A stretch of DNA of 63,194 bases, the filler included, from Platydemus manokwari (Eukaryota), in NCBI GenBank assembly GCA_037951405.1. It is 5 parts of 5 records of this genome, joined end to end, with 100 filler letters (N's around TTAATTAATTAA, not from the genome) between each part and the next. Parts side by side here need not be neighbours in the genome. Positions count along the whole stretch, not along the records: positions 1 to 17,174 come from JBBMOY011111442.1; positions 17,275 to 32,826 come from JBBMOY011274761.1; 3 more parts are not named here. One strand, given 5' to 3'. Each line of letters begins with the position of its first letter. Within the stretch, counting starts at the first letter, position 1. The position numbers and the translations under genes are program-made. The notes beneath the pieces were generated by a model that saw only the letters and a list, made by a program, of their open reading frames with translations, was not told the origin of the DNA and ran no database searches. Positions 12,469 to 26,300 of this stretch are shown here, piece by piece.

Positions 12469-13172
12469 ATGACTTCGATAAGACGATTTAAATGTTCTGA
12501 TTTATTTAAATATAATAATGTGTAAGATTTTATGTTTGGTTTTTAATATTTGAAGGTTATTTGTATAGGAATCTTGATCCATTAACTGAAACGGTATGTA
12601 ATTTTTTCATTTTTTATTTATTATAGATTTTAGTTCGGATTAAATTTTTATTTACGGTACTTAATACAATGGCCAGAGTTTTTTCTAGCTGCGGAAAATT
12701 ATTGGGGTAGAATGTCTGGCTATATAATGTGTAAAGCTGAAGGCCAAGATTTAAATTGGCATAGTCATGTAACTGCTTTATCTGTTGCACCTGAATTTCG
12801 TAGAATTGGGTTGGCTGGAGCACTTATGGCAGAATTAGAAAAATTATCTATCCAGTAGTTACGTATATTTTGTTTCATATTTTAAAATCGGTATTAGAAA
12901 GGACTGTTATTTTGTTGATTTATTTGTTAGAGTGTCTAACTCTGTGGCTATTAAGATGTATAATTGTTTGGGTTATACCGTTTATAGAAGAGTTTTAAAG
13001 TATTACTCAGGCGAAGAGGAAGACGAAGATGCGTTTGGTAAAATTTTAAAGTTATTTAAATTATCTTTAATTTCTTAAAGACATGCGTAAAGCACTACCG
13101 AGGGATGTAGAGAAAAAATCTATAATTCCATTAGAACGACCTATTAGACCTGAGGAATTGGAGCATCCTTGA
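12469..13172 (+). CDS. NAA20: N-alpha-acetyltransferase 20 (NatB catalytic subunit), 176 aa; exons 12469-12521, 12569-12593, 12634-12854, 12898-13037, 13081-13172
   Basis: MTSIRRFKCSDLFKYNNVNLDPLTETFG...WHSHVTALSVAPEFRRIGLA...FVDLFVRVSN...DEDAFDMRKAL.RD.EKKSIIPL, collinear with NAA20/NAT5; four 40-47 nt GT-AG introns. Confidence 0.96.
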
Positions 13173-14299
13173 TATCATTGATAGAATACAATTTTGGTCT
13201 TAAATTCTATGTATTTTTTTCAATTTGACAACGTATCAACTACATTAATCAAAACTTCAGATTTCATGATTGATAACTTTAAAAACTGGTTCATGATTTT
13301 AAACTTTTATCTCGTTTTTACAAATATTTTGTAGGAAATATTAATTTCGTCAAAAATCTTGTCTTTGTAATAATTTATTTTTTCCCAGAAATTTTTTTCA
13401 ATATTTTGATTTAAGATTTCTATTAATCAAGTGAAATCTGATATATACATTGGAAATGTTCGTGGTCTAAATTTTTAAAATTACACTCCATTGGCATAAA
13501 GTGAAATGGAAATGTTACATTTTGTAATTTTCTTTTTAAAAGAATTGCTTTTTATTTTATATTTGTTACATGTTTACTCACTCCTTAACATTTTCGTCCC
13601 AAAAATTCGTGTGTATTTACAACATTCAATATCATTCACCACGAAGTCTACGTGCATGAAATGTTTGTAAACTCAGTTGGAGTATAGGACAAGTCAAATG
13701 AACACACAATATTGAGTCAATTACTGATCGATTGATTATACCTATTCTCTTCTTCATTTTGATTTTAAATACAAGTGAAATTGCAAAAATTTGCCATTTA
13801 ATTTCTCACAATTAGCATTATTTTTCGTTATTATAGTGAAAGATAAGATACGATTGAATACACTGGTTGGATGTACTGATATCAAATATTATATTAACTG
13901 ATATGATCATCTTGATTGTCTGCTATCCTTCTGCTTTTCTGTTTTAGTGTCTACTTAAATGTTTGATAATTGTCCACCAGGACCTTCTCTTTACAAATAA
14001 TTTTTTTCTTAATCGGATTTTATATTCGTTGGCCAAGAATTGAGAGTCATTTTTATAAAATTCTTCTCGTTCTTTTATGTTGTTAGATTCTTCTTGTTTT
14101 CCCTGATATGTCAATGTGATAGGATTTGTCTGATTTGGTCCGTTTTATTTCTTATAATATGGCTGATTGATTTTCTTTCTTCTGTATTCGTTCGGTTTTT
14201 AAGATTTCTCGAGATAACAGTTCCGCGAGCAGAACTGTGCAAGGTAGCAAAAATTAGACCAAGGCACCAATCGACCCGTTCTAGAGAATAGTCTAAAAA

Positions 14300-16280
14300 G
14301 CAATAGGAAAAGATAAAATATTTCCGACTACGAAACCTCCACTAATTAGGAGAGGTTTTATGATTATAACTAAGTAAAAATGGTTTTGATCCTATAGTTT
14401 TTTAGCCTGGTTTTCTCCAGAAAGAGATTAAATTGATTTTTTAAAACCTTTGAAAAAAGGTAGAAATCAATCGACAGTAATCAACAATTTTATGTTCAAG
14501 CAACTAGAAGCCCAAACAATCAATCAAGCATTAAAAAATTTAAGAAATTCCAATTGCTTGAGAACAAGTAGCAGAATGACTTAATAATGAGAAAATCAAA
14601 TAAATATTTGAGTAAAAATTCTTAATAGGCTTTCAGGTCGCAGATATAATTAAGGCATGATTTTTTTCCACTTATTGTATCATGGGAATTCGAGATTTAT
14701 CAACGGAAGAATGTCTGGTCAAATATAAAATCTACGATAAACTACCAGTCAGACTAAAAAGTGTGATGAAGAAGGTATTGTCAAAGTACCATTTAAGAAA
14801 ATTCACGAACTGGAAACAGGTTGAGCCGATAAGATAAATAAATTTAATGATCGAAAATTAATGTAGCCTATCAGCTAAAACTAGTCAATCAATTCCAGAC
14901 TATGAATCTGTAGATCTCGATGCAGAAGTAGTAAAAATCAAGCTGGGCAGAGAAATAAACGATCCATCGCCAAGAAAGAGCAAACAAGGATCAAGTTCAA
15001 TACAAGAAATGCAGAACAAAGCATTTAAATAGCAAAATGGTGATATACCTCAATTGAGAGGAGAAAAGGCACTGTATTTGTCTCAGAATATTTTGATCGT
15101 AGTAGAAAGTAAGACATGGCACATTACTGCCATCCTCAAAACCAATGAAGCAGACCTCGACGAATTATGTCTCGACTTTAGCAACCTAGAACTCAAAAAT
15201 GTAAAAGCAAGGTTCAGCAATACAACTACCAATAACAATGACTGATGCTGACATATCTTTAATCATTATATATCATTTATTTACTCTATGACGCATGACT
15301 TATTGTTATAATGAGCTTTTTCTTAAAGTGTTATATTTACTAATTCGTTATAAAATTATCAATAAACTATTCAATTAATAATTATAACAAATAAACAGAG
15401 GATAACTAAAATTAAACTTAAAAATGTAAATTCTCAATATAATGTGCAATATATCGATTACGGTATACATAATGTTATCATCTTTAGAAATGATTTTATT
15501 ATTTAGAATTAAAGTTACATATCCACCTGCTGGACTCATTCTCATTACTGTTCCTAACTTTGCCAGCTATCCGTTCGACACTGTCATCAGTAATAATTTC
15601 CATTCATACATGGAACAAGAGTGTCGGACTACTGTAATTTCAAGAACCAAACGTTCCTAACTAATAATATTAAATTTCCTGGTAGAGGATGTCATCTTGT
15701 CAAGCACAGAGAACTCAACAAACTACTCCCATATTACTTATGTACCCAGAGCAGAAAGCATGCATTAAATAGATCATAGCTGCAATTACAATCCATTTCC
15801 GTGGATCTAAAGAAGCAATTTTCTTACCAAGGAATCAGGCCTGGGAGATCACAAATTATGATGAAAGGCTTCTTTTTACTTTCACATCATTGGCGAATAC
15901 AGTTATCCTGGAAACTAATCGTAACGACACTCCAGCTAATGAAAAATATCTTTATCTACACCCGGACTATACTTACCTCGATAACGGAGAAGCAATATTA
16001 AATAAGTTAACGTTTATCAGAAGACATATATTGTCATATTATCGAGATGTGTCTCAAAATATCTTAAAGGTAAAGATTCGGCTTCTAGAGTTGAAGTTTG
16101 CAACCGTTTTCTTTCCAGAAGTTGTAGGTATCATCATCTAGGTCATTTTATTAGCAGTATATTGTAGTATTAAACAAAACCTTTTTATAATTGTACAATT
16201 GTATTGTTGTTGTATCATTTAATAATCAATAAACGTTATCGTAAACGTGAATCATTGTGTTGTTGACTAGATAGGTTCAT
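14300..16280 (+). mobile_element. Heavily decayed transposon-derived coding sequence, possibly Gypsy pol plus LTR
   Basis: Broken coding-like stretches (e.g. ITVPNFASYPFDTV, reminiscent of integrase P..PF..V..D) followed by an LTR-like segment with AATAAA ending in tcatca at ~16282. Confidence 0.3.
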
Positions 16281-17174
16281 CAGTTCAAATGACATCATAT
16301 CACTGAAGAAATCAATATATAAATTGTCAACACAGAATATCAATCTCGATTTTCAATACGAAAGTTTATAATTAAAATCAGGAAACAGAACCACAAAAGG
16401 CACAAACGATGGAATGAAAGAAAGGAATTCAAAATACAAAATTTCATAGAGAGTAGTTAGAAATGAGATATATTACATTTTTCAATTGGAAAATATTGAG
16501 TTTAATTTGTTTTGTTGTAAATATCGCTTACTATAATTATGATAATCAGAACTTGGAAATTCAGATCAATAAATTTCAGTCGATATTAAATATAGGAAAA
16601 ATACGTGACACCCAAATAGCACATGATGTCTTGAAATCGTTCAATTCAGCAATCTGCGATCATCAATTAATTTTCAAATGTGATCTATATGTAATCAATA
16701 AAGAGTAACTATGATAACTGCCACTACTACATTAGGTTCATATTGAAAAATAATAATAGAATTTCAACCTAGAAAGTGTTTTTTTTTGCAATATCTTTAA
16801 ACAGGTCATCAAAAAGTATTTTTTTTTAATAATTTAATTTATTTAAAATTACTTTTTAAGTGATTGATTATTAAGACATTGATAATAGGAGAAAAATTAA
16901 ATTTAAGCAAAATTTTTGGAAATTCAAAGGAATTATCTCTCTGCCTTAGTTTCCGTGCGGGTTTCATTGTTGGGTATTATTTTTATATGTTAGTAATTTC
17001 GGGATAAATAGGGGTTTTAGAATTAATAATTTGAAGTTGTCAAGAGAAAAATGAAAATAATTAACTTATTTTCATTTTAATTAATGATATTTTAACAATT
17101 CATTTTCAATTTTAAACAAAATTAAACAAAGTTTTTATCATAAATTAAACCAAATTATTATCATATTTAATTAT

Positions 17175-17274
17175 NNNNNNNNNNNNNNNNNNNNNNNNNN
17201 NNNNNNNNNNNNNNNNNNTTAATTAATTAANNNNNNNNNNNNNNNNNNNNNNNNNNNNNNNNNNNNNNNNNNNN
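17175..17274. other. Artificial contig linker N44-TTAATTAATTAA-N44
   Basis: 100-nt spacer with six-frame stop core; identical at four places. Confidence 0.97.
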
Positions 17275-19140
17275 TCTGCAAATGGAAAATATTTTGATTG
17301 AATTTCATTAAATAAATATTTTAAAAAATGTTTTTGTTTTTTTAAAAAAAAAAGCCGGAATCATACTAATACACCTAATACTATTTTCATTTTTTGTTCT
17401 ATTTTAGACAAATTCTGAAAAATTGTGTCTATTGATGTTTATTCTTAATTGGGGTGGAGTTTGGAACCCAATAAAATGAATAAATTTAAAATAACAGAAC
17501 AGCCAGTTGGGGCTCCACACAATATATTGCTAGTTCTGTTGAGTGAAATAATAATTTTACATTCTTTTATTTCATTCTTTATAATATATTGAAGATTCGA
17601 TTTACCAAAATACGAATGTGAAACTTGTCGAAAGTTCAAATATATTATTAAAATTTTATTGAATTTACTCTTTTAAATGTCACAAATGTCCTGTATATTT
17701 TTTTAAAATATTATTATTGTAAGGTTTCTATCAATTTGGTAATCAAGCTATTGATACTCCCTGGAACCATACTTCTTTCTTCTCGACAAAATAGATAAGA
17801 ACCTCTAGTCCAGTATAATATTATTGTAAAGTTATTCTATCAATCTATTCCTATTTTTAAAGCTAATGCTGTATGTGTTTATCTGAAAATATTTGGTAGA
17901 ACATCAAATTAAATGACTACTTCACAATAAAAAGACACTTAAAAACGCTCCTTAATGATTATATTTATGTAAGTCAGTAGACAATTAATTTCAATTACAA
18001 TTCGCAAAGCTTTTGATCTTTAAAACACAACTGATTACTAAAATCATACGGTATTACATTTCAAATTAGTGAGGTTTTAATGAAAGATTTTTTAACCCAT
18101 CCATAAATTCTTAAAAATTCTAACTTCTAGTGAAAAATCCCCAAGTCACTACCATTCCAAAAACTAAAACCTTGAAAATAAGTTATGAATTTGAATAACA
18201 TTACTAAATCTACCATTTATAACCAATCAATAAATGTGTGATAAAGTTTAAATTAAATCACTTAAAGAAATAATAGATTGTACGTTTGCTTCAAGGAATC
18301 CAAATGTATCGCTTTAACTTGTACATTAAAAAAATGTTTCCCATCACGCAATAGACAACAATATTCAACAATTTCCCATGGTTTAAGAAATACTCATGAA
18401 TAAATAAGATCAGCAATTTCCAATAGACCTATTCAGTGTCATATAATTTCTTTCACCTGTATAATTGAAATCTGCGTGACAAAATAGAAGACAGTGAATG
18501 CTTCTAAGAAGTAATTCATTGAATTATTTATTTAAAGCGTCTTGTTAAATTGGAAATTTATCCATGCACCCATTGTCATTTTTAAAAAATTTCATTTGTA
18601 AAATCATAATAATACACATTTTTTTATTTAAAAAAATCTTATTCTATAAACATGAATTAAAAAGCAATTTAATTTATTGAAACAATTTGAAAATTTTGAA
18701 GTTTTCATAATTTTTTAAAGCTGATTTTAAGAGTTCTAATGAGCGATGAAAATATAAAACTGAAGGCAACCTTTTAAAAATTATTTAAATTTTTCAATCC
18801 AATTTGTTTCTTAACTTCTTATAACAAGTAAATATTTGTCATTTGATCAGATATAAATACAAACTTTTGATTTAATAATATATAAATGTATTTAGTTATT
18901 AATTATATTTATTGTAGACCACAAATCTAAAGTGAAATCGAACTATTAAATAATAGAAAGCATATACAACCTATAATGAAAACATATAGTAACCTATTTC
19001 GTTTGTTTTACTGAACTGTTAATTAAAATTTCATAATTTTAAGAATTTATAAATATGTTGTATAGTTTATAATTTATTACTAAAAATATAATCGAACAAA
19101 TAATTAAATTCAAAATGAATTTGATAGTGAAGCAAGGCAT

Positions 19141-22100
19141 TCAAAATATATTCTGCTCATAGACAAGTTGATTATTAATAAACCTGTTATAATGTAAGCG
19201 ATCCAAGTTAATCGTCTTGTATTTTCCATAAATTATCAGTTCCATATTGGCTCGTCCAATGGCCATGGCATGCTGGAGTCCATGTCCACTGGATCCATTG
19301 CAAAGATAGAAGTTTCTTATTGCTGGATGTTGACCAATAATCAGATTTTGATCCTTAGTATTATAATCATAAAACCCAGCCCATCCTGATTTTATTTTCA
19401 AAGCTTCCATTGAAGGAACTCGATCGAATAATTTTGGCCATATATCCTGGTCGAACCATTCATAATCAACTTCAAGATTATCGCAAGTTGGTTCATCACA
19501 CTGTTTCACATAAATAAAATAATTTTTAAATATTTGATTATTAGTTTGGAAAAACAAAGCGATTTTTAAATTTAAAAGAATACAATATTGATAAAATTAA
19601 GATTACAATTAATTCAAAAGAACTGACAACAGGTAAAATTAATTTAAAAGATTAACTTTAATAATATACAACACAAGTTTTGTTTTAAAATGAAATATAT
19701 AATTGTTTTTTGTTTCTTTGTTCAAAGTATTTTAATGTTTGGATTTGACCTAATCATGATTTATGCACTATCAGCATAATTAATATATAAATATTTTTGA
19801 TAAATGAATTCCAATATGGTCTGGCCATAAATATGACGAACTTTATAATTGATGATTTGTAAAAACACGTGTTTTAATTATTTCAAGTGATTTTATAGTG
19901 CATTATAAAATGAAATTTTATGTACCAAGTATTCAGAGTATTGACATATGTTTTCATCAAATAAAAATCGTAATAAATTTAATTTTTCTTATATTCAAAT
20001 TAAATAACAATAATAATTCTTTGATTTGTAAACAATTTCGAAATATTTTTAAACGGTTTCACTAAATCAATATTTACAATAATCGGTATGTCAGTATAAA
20101 ATGTACAATTGAAAAATTACTTCATCAGGTGATAAACCACATGTGAACACACCATTATTTTCTCTTCTAAAGTAAACTCCTGTCGAATCAACTACCATAG
20201 GAGTCATTGTGACATGTGGGAAATTAGGAACTGAAAATGTGTAGACGTACCGCTTGCTATTCAGATAAAATAGTAGATCATATTCCAAATAATTTACCAT
20301 TTTTTTATATATAAAGGATAATCATCACCCGATAAGAAAGTAGCTAGTTCAGCCTTAACTGCTATGTCGCTAGCCCATGAACCTGCCGCATTCACAAAAC
20401 AACCACAAGTAATTTCCGATTCTTGTCCATTATTATGTTGAATCTATATCCAATTCAGTCAATTAATATAAAGATATTTTTTTTCACCATAGAGCTTATT
20501 AATTTTCCAGATTGGCCTTGAAATTCTTTCAATGTTCCATAAATAAATATGATTCCCATGTGGTTAACTTTCGTTCTAGCATAGCTTAACAGTAGCCATG
20601 GATCAAACCATCCTTCATTATCAGTTCCTATAAAAGTGTCTCAAAAAATTACTTTTGAAGGTGAACAAACCATAAACTCCACATTCACAATCTTTGACTT
20701 TCAACCAAGGCCATCTGTTGATTATTTGAGAAGATGAAAGAAAGTCCACTGAAGCTCCCAATTTTCTAATTAATATAAGCTATGCCGTTAAAAATCTTAA
20801 GTTTACTTTTGTAACTCAAAATTAGATCGAAGAATATGTTCTCTTTCTTTGCAACACAGTAAAAGATAGCCTCTTTTGATAAATTGAATATCAATCTTTT
20901 CTTGTTCTATATTTGAAAATAAAATTACCTTTATAACAGCACAAGACAATAAAGATAAATCTCAATTAATGATCGTCAATCATAATAAAAAGTATTGGAT
21001 AATTAAATAAATACCTTTATACCGATTCTTGAAATATAAAAATACATTTTACTTTGAAATTCAAAAAAATAAGAAACTTGGTTTAATGAAACGAAAGATG
21101 TCATTCATCCGGAATATTTTGTAAATCCTGATGCTTTATTGGCTGCAAATGCAACAATAAATATTAACATGATATAAAGAAAATCCATGCACCATTACTA
21201 GTGGTAGTCTTACCATATTTCTGAACAAAAGTCACAAAAACACATTAGATATAAAGTAAGTTGTATAAATTAAAAAAATCATTTCTTTATAAATGTTTGA
21301 CATCAATTATTGTCTAATCATGATTTAAATTGCATATAAAATGCTTATAAATTATAATATCAGACCTGATTAAAAAATATAGAAAATATGATCGTTTACA
21401 GAAAATATTATAGTATAACTACAATATTGTAATAATATTACAAAACCAATAAAAAAACTCTTTATAATGCATAAAGCTTGAGGTTTAGCCTTAGTTGAAC
21501 TTGTCGGTAAATTCATTTTTATGGCGTGTATCCGAAGAAATACTTAATTAGGACAATTATGTATAAGATTATTCATGGGTTTCATTGAATTGAAGAACTT
21601 TGAATTGATGAGTATAACGAAAAACTTTGAATAAAAATGATGCGGCTAGAAGTATTTTTATGATTCAAATCTTCAAAGTCAAATCATTTCATTTTTATAT
21701 GGAAGAGTTCAATTTTAAAAATTTTAAGCCAATGAAAATATTATACTTTTAAAGTTTCTACTGTAATGTATGCAAAGCACAGTACTTTATCAGAACGATA
21801 AAAATCTTAATTTGAACAACAATAAATTCCAGATAATTGAAAAAGGCTAAATGTCATATATTTTATAATAAATATTATAATTATTTTATTTCACTATAAA
21901 TGTAAATCTCACCATTTTATTCTTAAATGTCACGATTTCCCAATGATTGGTTTATGAAACTTATCGTCACATCAACCTATATTTACAATAAAATTCACTG
22001 AATAAACAATTTAGTAAGGGTATAACTTGTTTTTTTAAGATATAAATTAATATAAATAAACATTGTTTACCTCCAACTGAAAAATATTTGTCTATATTTG

Positions 22101-22413
22101 AAAGAACGTGACCAGAAAATATTGACATTTGAATATTTTCTGTTTCAGAAAATTGCTGTCGAAGACCTCCAACACTAAGTACAGTTGAACATTGCGAATA
22201 GGTCTTATCTTTTTCTATGATTGCGATGCTAAGCTTTGGAATTTCTCTTTTCAGCCAAAAAGCCGTTGAAAGGCCAATAATTCCTCCACCTACTATACCA
22301 ACATCCACATGTTTATTTAGATTGTCAGAAATTGTGTGGAAAATTTTCGAAGTGATTATTTGATATGCACATTTTGTCTTTTGAGAACAGTTTGAAATGA
22401 GTTTTGTGAACAT
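19141..22413 (-). CDS. FOXRED1: FAD-dependent oxidoreductase FOXRED1 (complex I assembly factor), ~439 aa; exons 22071-22413, 20807-20906, 20671-20765, 20488-20627, 20298-20443, 20121-20256, 19141-19500
   Basis: DVGIVGGGIIGLS Rossmann motif, STVLSVGGLRQQFS..ENIQMS, EGWFDPW, VNAAGSWA, GVYFRRE, WAGFYDYNT.DQN.IIG.HP, SGHGLQHA; N-terminus resembles a mitochondrial transit peptide; phases consistent (1320 nt). Confidence 0.93.
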
Positions 22414-23381
22414 CGAATAAAGAAATGAAGACCTAAAATAAATTTAGAATTTTAAAAACTTCATTTGTAGGATGAACATACTTTGAATTATGTTAAACTT
22501 TAATAATTCCAAAAATCCAATCTAAATAAGAATTCTCAATTTCAGATGAAGTATTTAAGTAAAATCCTTAACCTTGAACTTTAATATTAATTAAATTAAT
22601 AATCTTAAATCACAGATTTTATAATGTTAATGGTATTGTGATGTATTTGATTAATTTCATTGCACTTTTAGAAATTGCTAACAGGAATTTTAATGATTTT
22701 TGAACATCATTTGAAATTAAAAAAATTGATGATGCCCAACTCTTAAAAATAACTAGTTATCATATTATCCGTGTAGATTCAACCTTATCAATACATTAGT
22801 CGATTGATAATGAGATTTAATAAATATTCCAATAAGCTGAGACTAATACGTTACTTTGTTAAGGACCCAGATAATGTTATAAGACATTTTGAATTTTTAC
22901 TAACTGTTATAATGACAAATTCTGATTAAGTCTCTATCAATTTAAAACATGTTTAACGTTTGATTACTTTTAAGTAAAAATTGTAAATATTTTAATCATA
23001 ATTAAAAATTTTAAATTGAACTAAATATATTTAATAAATCAATTCTTATATATTAATTTGCAATTGAATAATTTAAAAATTACTTAAAGTTGATATTAAG
23101 CAATACTTAGGCGAACTTTTTCAATGTTTAAATCATTATAGTTGTTCTTAATTAATTTATTATTATCTTTATATATTACAAATAATACAAGTTTGCACCA
23201 TAAATATTACTTTTACATAATATGTTTTAATTTCACAGGTTTTTAATTTATCCTGAATTTAAATAATTAATTTTATAATTGTTGATAAACTTTAATGTTG
23301 TATTTATTTATATTATAATATCAACTAAACAAGGCGTACTTTTTAAATTTAGTTAATATAATTTATTTTGTAAATTTCATT

Positions 23382-26300
23382 ATGAATTCATCTAATTATG
23401 GAAAATCACCTAAGATTAAACGTAATAAAATAGAGTTAGATATTGAAAAGTGTAGAGCAGAGGGAAAGTGGTTTAAGTCTCGAGATTTAGCTTCACAATT
23501 TAAAAATGAAAAGCCATCATCTCCTTTAGGATCATTATATGCAATAGTAATGGCTGAAGTAAAACTGGAAATTGGTCTTAACGATAAAGATGTGATACCA
23601 CTGGATGATATTCGGGAAATTAAAGGATATATTGATGATGCTGTACTTTCTATTGACGATGGATACAAATTAGAAGCTAAAATTTTGCTTGCAAAATTAA
23701 AATACACTCAAAAGAAATATCAAGATGCAGTCAATTATTTAGAGGCTTTAAATTTGAAAAATATTAAAATAGAACAAGGTTGTTCGAGGTTAACTAAATT
23801 GATCGCTGAAGGATTTGCTATAATTGGTTTATCGATGGAAGAAATGATTGTTCCAGATCAAAATGTTATTATTAAAGATCAATACGATAAAATAATGGAA
23901 AGCTTAGAAATGGCTGGCGATTTGTGTGTCTACCATTTACAAGAATTAGATAAATCGATTGGAACTAATTCAGTTGTCAATGGTTCCACCGATGATATAG
24001 ATTATCGGGGACTTGTTTCAAAATTAATAAGCAAAGCTATTCAAAGATCTCCAATAATAGCCATTAAAAATAATAATTTACAAAGAGCAGTCGGACGTTA
24101 CAGACAACTGTTAAGATATTGCGAAACCGATAGTACGAAATCTCTGCGACAAACATTGAGCAGGCAATTAGCAGAGGTTTTACTCCGTGGTGTCTGTTTG
24201 AGCAATTACCAGAAATATGAACTGGAAACTGAAAGAAATGTCAATCAATCCAGTATGATTCCGAGCACTGCAGCAATGTGGAGGCAGCCGGCAAAATATC
24301 CCAATGATCGATTTTGCCCATCCGATCATAATCAAGAGATTGTTTTATTATTGCTTATCAGTGAGTATCTTGCTAATCAAGAAGCTGTCCTAAACAGATC
24401 TAGTGAACTAAAGGAAGCTCGCATATCTACTTTATACAATTCACAAGCGGTTTATGATTTGTTGGCCATTGCTCTTGCAAGGCGACATTGTTTCTCATAT
24501 CTTTCGCAACTGCAGCAACATGCATTGAAATTTTCTTACAAAGAATTCCACAGTTGGTATCAGTTGGCTCTTTCATTGATGAGTGGATCTCAATATTATC
24601 GGGCATATCTAGTATTGAAAGAATGTCAAAGAATTGACGAAACCAAGCCGATGGTGTTTATATTAGGTGCAGCATTGTGCCTTGAACGTTTGCAAAAAAT
24701 CGAAGAAGGTATTCAAATGGCCCAACGTGCTGAAGAGCTTTATAGCAATTCTGGATGTGCGAATATGCTATCCAGAGCTCGTTTATTGATAGGAAGAGGT
24801 TTCTCTCAATTGGCTTTGCGTACACGAGTAATTGAGGATTGCAGGGTATTACAGCAGAAAGCAATCAAACAATTCGAAATAGCAGCTCAAGATGATCCAT
24901 TAGATTTTCAATGTCGATTTCAGTTAGCTGTTGAACAAGCCTGTGCAAGACAAATCAAAGCAGCTTTAGAATCTTGTCTGGCAGCTATACGGCTAACAGG
25001 CAACCATTGTGCATCTCTTCATTTATTAGCGTTGCTTTACAGTGGTTTAGCCAAATTACAAGATGCTTGTCGGGTGATTGATGGTGCCATTATGGAATAT
25101 CCAAATGATATTTCTTTACATAAGACACGTTCACGTTTGGAATTGGCTTTAAATGGACCAGAAGCAGCTCTCAAAGCATATAGAGGAGTGTTAGAAGCTT
25201 GTAAAGATCAAGAAACTGATATGGGACCACCTAGTACTGTTGTGAATGGTTCTGTAACAGCAAGTAAATTAGAAACGGCTTCTTCGGTGATGGGAGTGTC
25301 TGGCCAATTAGATGAGAATAAACAAGGTCATATGGAGGCTTTGTTAGGTTTGGCAGAGCTTTATCTAGATTGCAACATGGTCAAAGAATGTGTGGCTTGT
25401 CTAGATACAGTCTCGACGATGGGTGGTCATTATCAACTTCTTTATCTGAAAGCTAGATTACTCGAAGAACAAGGTCAACTCAAAGAAGCCAGATCTATGT
25501 ATGAGAATGCATTAGCTGTGAATGGCAGTCATCTTAAAGCTCAGCAAAGATTAGTAAGTTAATGGTTTATTGTTTAATAATTCATGACCAATATTTATTT
25601 ATAAACAAACTTGACCAATATTAATAAATAGACTTGATTGAATCATTGTTATCAACTGAAAAATCTCCCTCCTATATTAACCAATTGAAGAATCCCCTCT
25701 CCAACATAAATCAATTTAAGAATCTCCACCCCAAAAAGTAATAAAAAATAAACCAAATATTAAAAAAAATAAGTCAAATATTAACCAAATTTATTTATTG
25801 AGGATATTGCAAAGCAACGTGTGGACATAGATTTTCAAATCCATTTACACCATATCGGTCTCTGCATATAAATTCTGATATGTATACGTGTAAAAATTCT
25901 CTTCGACGCCCAAACATACTCTTTATTTGAGCCTTGTGCTTGTTCCATGAAGACTCATCACGTATATGAACTCCGTTTATTGGATTTACGAAGTCCACAG
26001 AATGACTAATTATTCTGTGATCAAATCCAAGATCTTGCAAATTCCTATATGATATCTATTCGTCCGTGTGGATGATATGCCCGGGTGGTACAACTGCTTG
26101 AATAATGGGTAAAAGTGTACCTGTATTTCTTTTATCCACAATTTCCATATAAGCCATTGCGAGTCTTACATTGTTATCTACTATACCCATAACCCATAAT
26201 AGGTTTAATGAATATGCGCATTCTAAGATTCCATTTCAACTTGAATCAGTTTAAGAATCTTCTCCATAGACTTGTTCAGTGGGAGATTTTTCAATTGATA

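Noticed and set aside
17175-17274. Recurrent TTAATTAATTAA flanked by Ns (four times)
   Set aside because: Artificial six-frame-stop contig linker, not a biological motif or piggyBac TTAA site
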